Below are positions 21,551-33,310 of a DNA stretch of 64,000 bases, one piece after another. The translations under genes were made by a program, and so were the position numbers. A model generated the notes under the pieces. It searched no databases. It was not told where the DNA came from and worked only from the letters and a program-made list of their open reading frames with translations. Location: the NCBI RefSeq assembly GCF_001194135.2, contig NC_068983.1:68374440-68438439 (forward strand), read 5' to 3'. Numbering within the stretch: the first letter of the stretch is position 1; each line of letters starts with the position of its first letter. This stretch comes from Octopus bimaculoides (taxonomy: Eukaryota).

Positions 21551-23856
21551 TATATATATATTATATATATATATATACACATACAACAAATAATGTACAT
21601 TATCATTCTTATTGTTGTCATCATCATCTACATAGCAAGTTATATAATTGGGGATTTGAAATAAATAAACAGTAATGTTATAAATGCAGAGTTTTTTTAT
21701 TTTAAATAAAAATCATCAATAAATCAAATCAGTGTAAAATGTAGCTCTTTTTGTGCAACCAGTATTTTTAAAAGTAAGAGTTCAGGATCTAATCTACAAC
21801 ATGAACAACAGCTTCTTGACAGATAAGACTATATGAGGATGTTTGAATAGAAGTGCTTACCCAGGCAAAGAAACAAAGCATATAAACTATAAGTGCACTC
21901 ATGAGATAGAAAAGATGACTGAAACAGATAGAATGAAGTAGAATGTACATCAGATGAAAGACAATTGCAGAAGAATGCAGAAGAGTAAGGATGGCTCAAT
22001 TTGCATCCTGTGTATTGCAGAATCATAAGAGAATGATGATTAAAAAAAAAGCTGAAGGGGAAAAAAATCACAGTGGGTGGTTTTGAAGTGAAGAAGAGAT
22101 GGAGATGCTGGCATAGAGGATTTTCAAATAACTAAGGTACTTTAAGATGAGAATAAAAGTGAAATCAAATTATTTAAAGTTACCAATGAGGAAATTTCTG
22201 GAAAAAGAAAAATAGTTTAGTCTGGATTGAAATGTGTGATTTGGGCCTTGTAAAACAACTATTGCAGATTCCAAATTAGAATCAAAGAAAAAAATGTAAT
22301 CTATGATTTTGCTGAGGAAGGTGATACACTTTACTGATTAAGTATGATTGTAGAGTTTGTCTACTAAATAAACTAGAAGGGTTGTACCAGTGAAAATATT
22401 TACTAAACATTAACACATCACTGAAATTTAAAAAGAAAGATCTGGCTGTGAAATGAAACCTAGGAATATATCCTAAATTCTTGACTACATAGTACAAGTA
22501 TCAAATAAGCAGTAGTCAAGCTAATAAGGGTGTCTCTACATGGTTGCTGGATCTGCTATGAATAGCAGCCAAATGACCCATAGGTCACAAGAATGGTAGG
22601 TTGTGTGGAACAATACAGTCGTGGGGATACAAAAGGGTGAGATTTTCATGGCTGGAACATCTTTGTTGATCAGTGGTTAAACAACAATATATCAGTTTCA
22701 GATTCATTAACTTTTATGAGATTTCATTTGATGTTTGACATATATATGTGCATGTGTGTGTGTGTGTGTGTGCTTTTTTGGGGTGGGGTAGGGAGATCTA
22801 ATAGCTGGCTACACTGAAATTATTTTTTAGTTTAATTGTAGGTAACCTAACAGTCCAAAGGTTTTATATGTTTAAAAACAGTAAGACTGTTTTTAAACAT
22901 ATAAAATATACTTCAGGATATTATATTCATGCGTTGTAGGTGACCAAAGAAAGCTATCTACAAGTTTAACCAAATTATTCAAATTTATGTTTTGCGTGTA
23001 TACATTTTTAGTATGGGAAATGTAATCAAGTCAAAAGGAAAATCCTTCAAAAAGGTAAGAATCTATTTTATATATGTACAAAGTCCTGTCTACATTTCCC
23101 CTTTAACATTACACTTAAATGTTGAATAATGGAAATTTCTGATATCAAAATACTTTCATCTGCCAACACAACCACCATATTTACTAGCAACCCAAACCAT
23201 TGATAACGAAATCAATGGCAGATATTTCATAATTTGAATGCTTAATCAAAGGTTTAATTAATGAGTAGATAATGTCCTCAGACCAGACCTGATTAGTTCC
23301 ACCCAATTCATCCTTATCATATCTTGTTCATACACATTACATCAGCCTATGTCATCAATGCTCCTTCTTATGGACAATGATTTGATTTCTGATGGCTCTA
23401 AAGTTAATTTCTCACAATATAAAAAAAAAAACCAGCAAAAATAAAAGTTTTTAGATAAAAATAAATAACATTGAGTTAATTTGTGGAGTAAAAGAATTTG
23501 TTTCAGGCTTGACTTTCTTTGGAGAGAAAAAATATATATAGAAGCGAAAGTTTGGTGCTATTAAGAAGAAAAATTAACCAACAATATATAATTTCCCTAA
23601 TATTCCCCAAACACACATGGAAAAAATATTAAGTAGTTATTAGCTTAGCAAATAATCCTAGTGCAAAAAAAGGTGACAAATCATTAGTTGTTATTGGATA
23701 ACAGGTAATATTCAAAACAATGTTAGCATGAGTAGCATGATAACCCGCACACCAAAGCAATGTGTAATGATATGTGATTTATTTATTTTAAAAAAAAAAT
23801 GATAAAGGCTTGAAGCAGCTGCAGCTATTCACTGTCACACAAAGCAATTAACAGAC

Positions 23857-23928
23857 CTGGTAATGACTTTTTAACAGAACATCGTCACTTTTAATCTGTT
23901 TAGTAGCTTCCAAGACCTGTGACAATTT
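23857..23928 (-). CDS. CDK5RAP2: Exon: KLSQVLEATKQIKSDDVLLKSHYQ
   Basis: tttttcctctatctcag| acceptor, weaker |gtctgt donor, 72 nt, phase 0/0. Confidence 0.75.
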
Positions 23929-24349
23929 CTGAGATAGAGGAAAAATAAAAACTCACAAAAAAAAGCAGTATAAAACTTGTTTAATATTAAGTGTAATTTA
24001 TAAGAAAAGAAAAAAAAATGCATTTACAAATTTAGACAAGGTGTAAAATATTAAAATCACTACATTCTGTGAAATAAAACAATTTATTAGTCATAGCCTT
24101 TTATAAATTAAAAAATAAATAAATAAATGTGTGCAAATGAAATAGTTAATTTTTCAGACAGCAGCAAAACTGATGAAATAAAAATGCCCACAAGCTTGCA
24201 TCAGTTAATGGGGATGTAATCACAGTCACAACAGCCAATTAAAATTGGAATCCCTCAGTATATTTTCCCTTTTATTTGAACACTTGCTAATAAGTTAACC
24301 GAATATGTAGATGGAGAGGTTTGGAAAAAAAAAATTAGTGATTTATTTG

Positions 24350-24354
<5 letters not shown>

Positions 24355-24428
<74 letters not shown>
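24355..24428. repeat. (TA)n(CA)n microsatellite
   Basis: Direct read. Confidence 0.95.
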
Positions 24429-24489
24429 TAAGACAGTTGAAGCTTACTTGTAACTTCTGGACCTAACAAATTAAATGTGCATCTCTCTT

Positions 24490-24820
24490 AGATCAGATAA
24501 AGACCCCTTTCGGCATGAATGATCATGGAATTAATTGCACCTAGAAAGTTCCCCTTCAAGGCACAAGTCTGAGCAAGGTTGTTCATGGAAGACCAGCAGT
24601 TGCCCATGCATGCCAGCCTCCCCTCCCCATGCTACCAATGTTGTTCAAGGAAAAAGCAAAGGCCAATACAGCTTGGCACCAGTGACGTCGCAACTCATCT
24701 CTACATCTGAGTAAACTGGAGCAATGTGAAATAAAGTGTCTTGCTCAAGAATACAACCACAACCTGGCCCAGGAATCAAACTCACTACCTCATGATTGTG
24801 AGCCCAATGCCCTAACCACT
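24490..24820 (-). mobile_element. tRNA-derived SINE family C
   Basis: Head matches 10045-10222; body matches 60625-60900. Confidence 0.65.
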
Positions 24821-25493
24821 TTTACATCACATGACAACTGGAAATTCAACTTATACCAATTTTTATAATTCCTTGAAAAATCAGCCAACAATTTGAAGTA
24901 ATCTAAAAAATGTCATAAGGATGCTGAATTTTGCTAAGTGCCAGTTTTAAATTGATTTAAAGCAATATTAAAAATAAGCCTGGTAGTAAAACTGATGTAA
25001 AAATTAGAATAGAAGAACAATACTGTTTAAAGAATTCTGAGATTACTGCTTCAAGAATCAAATCTTTCATAGGTTGATATAAATTTAATTTCTTTGGAAC
25101 TGCTAAAACATAAATACCAGTTATATCAACTAAAAAAGGACAGAATAACTATTATGTAGAAGGCTAAATTAACTAGTTGTTCAGTGATTTAAAGCCTTAA
25201 GCCTCAACTCTGACAGAGCATTTTCTGATATGCCTATAACAGGGACTCAAAGAAAAACAGCTGTTCTCTTTCAGAAGGTTTCACTGCAAAAAAGAGCCAT
25301 TGATTACAAATTACTAAACACCATCTTTTCAATAAAATCCATGACTGACAAAAATCCTTAATAAAATTGTAATCTGGAAATAGTATACAAAAGGCAATAA
25401 AGATGAAAAAGAAAAACAAGCAGGGTGTGAAAATCAGAGACTGTCAAAAGCATGCCAGATAAAGAAAAGTTAAATGATGTAGAATAAACTTAC

Positions 25494-25608
25494 TTCAAAG
25501 TCTCTTTCTCTCCTTCCCAGAGTCTTTTCTAACTTCTTTATTTTTTCAATGTAGTTATCTTCTAAGCGATGTTTGGATTCAAGTTCACTTCCTAATTGGT
25601 CCACCATT
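25494..25608 (-). CDS. CDK5RAP2: Exon: MVDQLGSELESKHRLEDNYIEKIKKLEKTLGRRERDFE
   Basis: ttttatgcag| ... |gtaagt, 115 nt. Confidence 0.9.
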
Positions 25609-25889
25609 CTGCATAAAACATAGAACAAAATGTCAAAATTTGGTAAGCAACAGACAGTTTATTTAAAACCATAAAATATTATTAGATAGATATAACTAAT
25701 CAAGTCAACAGAACCTCTGCCTTCTGACTAGTACTGTATTACTTCCATAGCAAAATCATTTAACTATCACTAGCCCATACTGAAAATAAATACTACTTCA
25801 CAATAGTAAGAATAAATACTATATAATTTATGAGCATATCATGGCTCAAATCCTTTCACTGGCCTGGAGATGATAATAGGAAATTACTT

Positions 25890-26189
25890 CGAGCGAGTTC
25901 GTTGCCAGTGCCACTGGACTGGCTCCTGTGCAGGTGGGCATGTAAAATACACCATTTCAAGCGTGGCCGTTGCCAGTACTTGCCTGACTGGCCTTCGTGC
26001 CGGTGGCACGTAAAAGCACCCACTACACTCTCTGAGTGGTTGGCGTTAGGAAGGGCATCCAGCTGTAGAAACTCTGCCAAATCAGATTGGAGCCTGGTGT
26101 AGCCATCTGGTTCACCAGTCCTCAGTCAAATCGTCCAACCCATGCTAGCATGGAAAGCGGACGTTAAACGATGATGATGATGATGATGA
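25890..26189 (+). mobile_element. Young RTE-tail repeat with two hairpin units and (GAT)n tail
   Basis: CGTGCCGGTGGCACGTAAAAGCACCCACTACACTCTC...GGACGTTAAACGATGATG. Confidence 0.85.
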
Positions 26190-26699
26190 CTTCATCGTAT
26201 CCCTCTTTGAATTATCATCATCATTTAACATCCACTTTTCCACGCTTGTATGAGCCAAATAGAATTTGTTGAGGCAGATGTTCTATGCTCTTCCTGTTGC
26301 CAACCCTCACCTGTTTCCAAGTAAAGTAATACTTCCAATGACCATAGACATTTTTCATAATATTGGAAATGAATGACACTACTTGTATGACAGTGACACT
26401 CATTTGCAACTATCTTATGATGCCAAGACAAGGAGACTCAAACATACACACACACTGCTACACATACATTCATATACATACACAATGGTCTTCTTTCAGT
26501 TTCGATCTACCAAATCCACTCATAAAGCTTTGGTTGGCCTGGGGTTTTAAAACACTTACTGGATAAACATTTACTTGAATTAGATAATCTTAACTATTGG
26601 TTTACAACATTGATTTTAATTACCTGACTATAATATTTTAAAGCCAATTTAAGAAAATTATATCAAAATATACTTCAAAGTTTAGTAAACTGTACCTAC

Positions 26700-26731
26700 T
26701 TTTGGAGATCTTGGAGGTCTGAGTCTTTATT
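26700..26731 (-). CDS. CDK5RAP2: Small exon: NKDSDLQDLQ(K)
   Basis: atatttcag| ... AA|gtaggt, 32 nt. Needed to bridge the phase-0 end of the previous exon to the phase-2 start of the next. Confidence 0.85.
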
Positions 26732-27225
26732 CTGAAATATAATTACAGAAAAGAGTTTTAAATTAAAATTGAAAAAAAAAACCTTGATATTTTAATGCTA
26801 AACCATTTGTAATGACTATAAATCAACCAACCAATTAAGAACTGAGTTAATATAACCATTTAAATTATACAACCCATGGTATAATTTTTACAATCCATAC
26901 TGATAAGCAATTTAAAACTGCAGTATACAAATATTTCACAAAATATATGCTTGGTTCTTATGTGTGAGTGAGAGTAAAATGAAAATATTAGAAATGAGGG
27001 TGAGCAAGTGATTGCTAGTCAAAGTAAACTAAAACTAAAGATATACTGATCCTAACATCGGCTTAAATATAAGAAGCATTTGTCAATAGTAACATTTACG
27101 AAACAAACATTTGAACCAGCATGAAAACTGGCATCTAACATAACAAAATTCAAGTTACACTTAAAACTTTATTGATTTGAAAAATACATATAACAAAAAT
27201 AAGAGACATAACAAAAGAAACTTAC

Positions 27226-27360
27226 CAAACCGTCATTCATGTGTTTTTGATTAACTTCAGCTGTCTCCTTTAGTTTCGCTGCTTGGTTATGAAAATCAGA
27301 TTGTAACCGAGCAACAGTTACATCTGCATCTTCAAGTTTTTGCTTAGCTAGTGCTAGTTC
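27226..27360 (-). CDS. CDK5RAP2: Exon: ELALAKQKLEDADVTVARLQSDFHNQAAKLKETAEVNQKHMNDGL
   Basis: ttttaacag| ... |gtaagt, 135 nt. Confidence 0.92.
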
Positions 27361-27560
27361 CTGTTAAAAAGTAATACAAGACATTGGTTAACACAAAAGC
27401 ATCTTTGTACATTAGTCTTCTAGGAATATGTTTGGTAAGGGAGTTAATTTGCAGTCACATGTTTGAAACAATGTCTTTGCTGAGCTGAATCCACTTTTAT
27501 ATAGCTGAAATATTGATGACTGCTGTCCTACATTAATTCACTGATAGCAGAATGATTTAC

Positions 27561-27684
27561 CTTCTCTGTATCTTGCAGCTGTATCAGTAAATTCTCTTTA
27601 TCTTTGGTCCATTCTTTTTCTTTACTCTCTATTGCTTTCTTTAAGTCTTGTTGGTGGGAGTTTGAAAGACTCTCAAGAGCAAGG
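27561..27684 (-). CDS. CDK5RAP2: Exon: LALESLSNSHQQDLKKAIESKEKEWTKDKENLLIQLQDTEK
   Basis: tctcttcag| ... |gtaaat, 124 nt; phase 2 in, phase 0 out. Confidence 0.92.
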
Positions 27685-27878
27685 CTGAAGAGAAAAAAAT
27701 ATGATTATGCTGGATTTCTTACATAAGCAAAAGGATTTGCATTTATAGCAGAAGTAAAAATGAAATCATGTGACAATGAAAGAAAGTATTAGCATTGTAA
27801 GTGAGAAAATACACAGGCCAGAAGAGTTACTTTTCTTCTACAGGCTCTGTAAAATGAAAAATTCCAACGTAGGTTTAA

Positions 27879-28086
27879 CCCTTTAGATTTCTCTATCAAA
27901 TGTAATGCATATTTATTCCCATTGCTTTTAATCAATTATGCATTATCTTGTAGCATTGAGATTTCAATGATGTGATTATTTTTAGAATGATATTGTAGGG
28001 TAGGCATGAGAAGCTAGATCTGGCTAGGGTGAACATAAAACTGGTAGAATATTTGGGCCAGATATTGCTGTTTAAATGCTTAAGGG
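27879..28086 (+). mobile_element. piggyBac-type MITE
   Basis: TTAA|CCCTTTAG ... CTTAAGGG|TTAA; second copy, inverted, at 54781. Confidence 0.65.
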
Positions 28087-28532
28087 TTAATGATTCAAGC
28101 TTATTGAGAAGAAATACAATAATATAGTGTTGCTGCTTTTATCATTGTCACTGAAAGCATTTAGACATGCACATTACTAAGAACTCTTCTCACTACCTTC
28201 ATTAACAGAAACAATATAGATACACATTTTTTTCTCTTTTCTCAACCTTTGTAGAGTTTTTAAGTATTTAAAGTCAAATAGCAATGCTGAAGTTTCTTTT
28301 TGGCTAAGTAGAAATAGCCTAGGGAAAAGAGATGTCATGACATTAATGCTTATCTGAAAGATATAATAATGGTTTCAAATTAAGATTGAAACTGTTGTAT
28401 GGTTTTAGCATGTCAGGACCTTCACAACTTCTCTTTTTTGCTCTTCAGTGCAAAAAGAGAATAAATATTTTAGCCATAAAAGAAAAAGAAAGAAAACAAA
28501 TAAGTATTAATTCAAACAGAAAAATTACTTAC

Positions 28533-28609
28533 TATGCTTTTTTCAGTAATTCTTGTTTTTCCAAAACGTCATTCTTTAAACTTTCTACTTGTACATTTAA
28601 TTCTATGTT
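28533..28609 (-). CDS. CDK5RAP2: Exon: NIELNVQVESLKNDVLEKQELLKKA(Y)
   Basis: tgtttttag| ... |gtaagt, 77 nt; resembles human NIELKVEVESLKRELQEREQLL. Confidence 0.95.
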
Positions 28610-28994
28610 CTAAAAACACACAACATACAAAATACTTTATCAGGTTTTCTACAAAATTCAGCATAATTACATAATAATGATTTTTAATATAAGCACACAG
28701 AAGGAGCAGGAACAGACAATTAAAGAGACCCTAGCATTTGATTGCAGGGATGACAAGCCAAGACAACCACTGCAGAATACAAACTTAAAACAAAGGGAAA
28801 CAACTAAACACTGCAAATCATTTTGTCTACTTCTTGGCAATGGTTGCATAAAAATGTCTTTTTATCCCAACATAAAATGATTAATTCTTTTTTCTGTTAA
28901 AAAGTAACGTTTGAAATAGACCAATGTGTCATTATTATTTATTTTATTAATCTTGGAAGGATTAAAACCACAACACTGAACACAAAATTTAAGT

Positions 28995-29315
28995 TCATCA
29001 CCATCATCATTTAATGCCCATTTCCCATTAAGGCAAGAATGTGTTGAGCTCCAGTGTGTGCTTTGACATGGTTTCTACAACCGGATGCCCTTCCTAATAC
29101 CAAACATTATACAGTGTGCTTGGGGGCTTCACTCATGCCACAAGCATCAGTGGGGCCAACAAGTAACTTGCAAAAAAAGAAAAAGCTTCCTTGATTAAAT
29201 GGTGGGGGAGTATTTGAGAGGGGGAGCTAGTCTTATGCTTTGTGTTGAGAAGCTGAAGTATGATAGAGAAACAAACACAGGTGTGTTGCAATAAAGATTC
29301 ATGGCTACTCAGCAT
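28995..29315 (-). mobile_element. Older RTE-tail repeat
   Basis: Homologous to 10445-10887 and 32850-33310. Confidence 0.55.
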
Positions 29316-29399
29316 ATATTGTTCTATTCTAGAAACTACTAAGTCTAAATAGCCCAGTTTATCACTGGCTGTGGAGGGTATATAGCAAATGTTCTAGAA

Positions 29400-29730
29400 C
29401 ATAGGTTCTCAAAGTGGGCACTGCTCCCCACCCCCAATGGGCATTGAGATGGTTCTGGTGGGTGCTGGTGCCTAAGGGGGCGATAGAGAAAAAGGAAGCA
29501 TTGGGAGGAAGACAGTGAATTGGAGGACACTATGAATTAATTATAATATTATTATAGTATTGTATATAAATTATATAATATGATATCAAATATCAAATGA
29601 TTCATAGTATATATAAATTAGTAAAATAAAAAATATTTATTTATACATAAAAATAGGGGTAGCAGCGCTGCGGGTATCATGTGGCCATGAGTGGGGGGAG
29701 GGACGGGGGCAAAAAGTTTGAGAACCTCTG
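29400..29730. mobile_element. hAT (Charlie-type) MITE
   Basis: TIR CATAGGTTCTCAAA / TTTGAGAACCTCTG; 8-bp TSD TTCTAGAA at 29392 and 29731. Confidence 0.85.
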
Positions 29731-30101
29731 TTCTAGAACATAATATTTAATGGAGACATTTCAAATAATATTTTTGTTGTAACTTTCTCATGCTTTTATA
29801 TGATCAAAGATATTATACACATATATTAAAACTCATAGTAATCCTATTTTGTTTAACTAGAGAATATATTGTGATTTCTTACTGCTGACTCCCAGTCCAG
29901 AATAGCAAGTGAACTCTGTGCTCGGAGTTAATAAATCATTCCAATGCACCCAATACAATGAGTACACAGAGAGATAGTGAAGGAAGATGAATAACAGTCA
30001 ATAAATGATATTTGTAATCCAAAATTAGTGATCTTGCCATGTTGCTCTCTTCAGTTCAAACAACAAATAGATAAGAGAGGAAGAGAACAGAGTTAATTTA
30101 C

Positions 30102-30206
30102 CATTTTAAAAGTATCATCACTGCCAAATTTTTGTCTGCACCGATCTTCAAGGAAATATATTCTTAATTTCAGACTAAAGTTTTCTTTTCTCAATTCTTC
30201 TATCAA
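30102..30206 (-). CDS. CDK5RAP2: Exon: LIEELRKENFSLKLRIYFLEDRCRQKFGSDDTFKM (CM1 / gamma-TuNA core)
   Basis: ttttcag| ... |gtaaat, 105 nt. LRKENFSLKLRIYFLED matches the CM1 consensus LKKENFNLKLRIYFLEE. Confidence 0.97.
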
Positions 30207-32344
30207 CTGAAAATATAAAAAAAGATTGAAAATAATATTGAGAGAAAAAAAAATATAAAACTATAAACTAAAAACTAAACATACAATAGTTGATCACTTT
30301 TAATATATCCTCAGTTTCCTGAGTGTGAGTTAACTTTTCACAAATTTAGTGAGAAAAGCAAAAAAAAAACAATGCCCTTGACCTTTCAGGTTATCTGATG
30401 TCGATTTTCATTCTGCTATTTTTATTAATGATGGAGCACTGAAAAATGCAAGGTATTTTTCGAAGATATGACCCTCTCCATGGAAGGTTGGTCATACTTT
30501 TGGAAGAAGTTTAAAGAAAAAAATAACCTACAGCTGTGATGGTGGAATATTTAGTAGCTCATCAACAAAAGAAAAAGTGAGAAGTGATGCGAATACTGGA
30601 GAGGAGGCAGCCACCGAAAGCCTCTCCTTCATTACAGTCAATGAAGAAGACTTCCCCTTCACCCTATCAGCAATGTATCCACTACAACTGTCATTAACAA
30701 TACTGAGGGGAAAAGGAATAGCAGTAATCATAACAGCCTATCAAATAGCCACAGCAACAATAACAAACTGCTGAGTAACACCAAGACTAACAATGAGAAA
30801 CCAACAATAATACCATCATCACCACATGAGGAGTCATTGTCAATTTTATAGGCATAGAAGTGCTGTCAGATGGTCTGCAAGGGATGCATTGAGAGCATCT
30901 AAACTGTTCTACATGCACTGGTTCAGTGTCTGAACACTGCTCACTTGTGAAGATACCTAAAAAAAGTTGTTGTCATGTGCAGGATGAATCCAGTCATCAG
31001 CTGAGACCATTGTCAAGATCATCTTACCACCTTCTTTTGGCTGGGAAGGGGAAGCAGTTTCCTTCTATCAAGTGGTTGTGGTGAAAGAGGTTATATGGCA
31101 AAAAACTACTTGAAAGGATTGAAATCAAATGAAAGCGAGGGTGGAAATCTAAGTGCTCTTCTCCAGCAAATTTGTTGAAAGGTGGGTGAGAGTGGCAAAT
31201 ATGACCATGTGAATGAGTTTAATTGCAGTATGCACTTGTAAGCTGTAGAATACAGCTGGGAAGAGCACTCCCTCTTGATTTTGTAGGGTTCCTTAGTTAA
31301 CCTTGGGTGGTTCTTGTCGCCAACCTGTTAAGGTTCTGTCTGCATTGATAGTGTACTGTTATCAGTAATTGCTACTTTCACCCCATACAATGCAAACCTT
31401 TGCTGTTTCGTATCTTGTACTGGTGAGGCTTTTGAGAATATATAGAACTAGGATATACACTGGTATCAGAAAACTGCAAAAATTCATTAAATGAAGCAAT
31501 TTATCTGATGAACAGTAACAGTAATTAATATATTTCAGATCAAAAACTGATCTTTACCACTGTCAATGAATTCCTTACTAAGATCAAACATTTTCTCTTT
31601 ATTCCCAACCATTACCAGAATATGGCATTTAGTGTTATTTATTTTAGTACAAGAGTTTTTGAGAGCTTTCTCTCTTACTTGAAAGAATGTTTGTTCATCA
31701 TATATACTTTTTTTTATTGTGAACTCAGCACTGCAAGCTCAGGAAACATTACTTTTTTTACAGTATGAAATTACGAGAGTTATTTGCAGAGTGAATTATG
31801 TGACATTGGCAAAGATAGGGTATAACAACAAGGGGATATGAACCAATGACACAATGGCCAGTAAGCTGTTCATGTAATAATGCTAGCAACTCTCAAAACC
31901 CTTTATAATATATACTGAGATAGACAATTTAGTCAGCAATAACATTAATAACAAATTATTCCAGTTATTATCTAAAAGTGAAGAATTTTATGTTTTAAGA
32001 AATATATTTTGTTATAAAAAATAAAAATAAAATAAAATAATCAGTGAATATATAAAAAAGAAAAAAAATAGGAGACAGATTAAATACAAAACATAAGTTC
32101 ATCCCAATGACATTTAGGCATGGCAAAATAGAGTATCCGGAACTAGACTACTGTAAAACAACCTTCTCAAACTATGATTCACAGATGTACATGAGTTTTA
32201 ATAATTAAGAGGCTATTATTGCACTGAAACACGACTGACAATAACAAAGTATTCATATCCTTGAATTTATTTAGTTCAGTGAATGAACAAGCAAACATCA
32301 TCCCTCTTTATTAATTATTCCACAGAAACTATGTATTGTGTATT

Positions 32345-32397
32345 ATATATATATATATATATATNNNNNNNNNNATATATATATATATATATATATA
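32345..32397. repeat. (TA)n microsatellite with a 10-N gap (32365-32374)
   Basis: Direct read. Confidence 0.95.
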
Positions 32398-32849
32398 ATG
32401 GAAAGCTAAAACTAAGGGATAATATTCCAGGATACATATTTTTTTTTTGGTGATGGTGGTGGGGGGATGTTTGTCTTTGAAACTAGTTAATGCCTGCTGT
32501 TGTACATAATACTATGAACTAATGAATGTTTTATTATTGGAATTCAACAGATAATAGATGAATATATGGTTACAGAAGTAAAACATAATAATTTGTACCA
32601 AACCTGGGACTAAGTAAGGAAACTGATGAGCAATTTCATCGACTACTAAAATATTGCTGTGCTTATATCTCCAAAGCCAAAAGAATAAAAAGTGGCCATC
32701 GTCATTGTTGTCATTGAGACTAAGGATACTGATGAATAATTTCATAAAAGATAAAACAGTAAAGACCTCTGAAATAAATATTGCTGGGCTTATGTGACAA
32801 AGTAATAAAAAGCTAAAAGAATAAAAAGTGGACGATGACGATGATGTCC

Positions 32850-33310
32850 ATCATCATCATCACTGAAACATCCATGTTCCATGTTTGCATGGGTTGGATG
32901 GTCAGACAAGATATTATGGGTTCAAGGACTGCATCATGTTCCAGTATCTGTTTTGGCATGGTTCATATGGTTGGATGCCTTCCCTAATGCCAACCACTTT
33001 ACAGCATATACTAAGTGCTTTCTGGAGCCACCAACACTATTGAGGTCATCATGCAGCTTGCAAGACTAGGAACCCCAAGGGATGTGGGTGCTGACTTTAT
33101 ACTAGGAGACAAGGGGTTAATGTATGAGAAAAAGAGGAGGGATCAGAGCAGGTTCTTGTAGAAAAGCTGCATGGCTACTCACATTTAATAGGAGGGAGAG
33201 AGAAATGATGAGTAGGAGCTGCAAGAGAGAGATAGTGGTGATGAGGTGCCCAGGTGGCCTTCAAGATAAAAGATGAACAGAAGTGGGTGGGTGGCTCGAA
33301 AGATTGTAAG
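32850..33310 (-). mobile_element. Older RTE-tail repeat
   Basis: (CAT)n...GCATGGGTTGGATGG...GGATGCCTTCCCTAATGCCAACCAC. Confidence 0.55.

Noticed and set aside
29883-30050. Strong donor GCA|GTAAGA between the CM1 exon and the next exon (possible CM1-less first exon)
   Set aside because: No in-frame ATG after the upstream stop and no promoter evidence.
30528-30774. Overlapping short ORFs on both strands next to the CM1 exon
   Set aside because: No compatible splice phase with the CM1 exon and no recognisable motif.
30790-31460. GC-richer segment faintly like a CR1/Jockey LINE end
   Set aside because: Too degraded to assign by eye; left unannotated.
32605-32832. Degenerate ~120-bp tandem duplication containing CTGATGA
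   Set aside because: Made of SINE-tail-like pieces; no GAAA box or stem II, so not a hammerhead.
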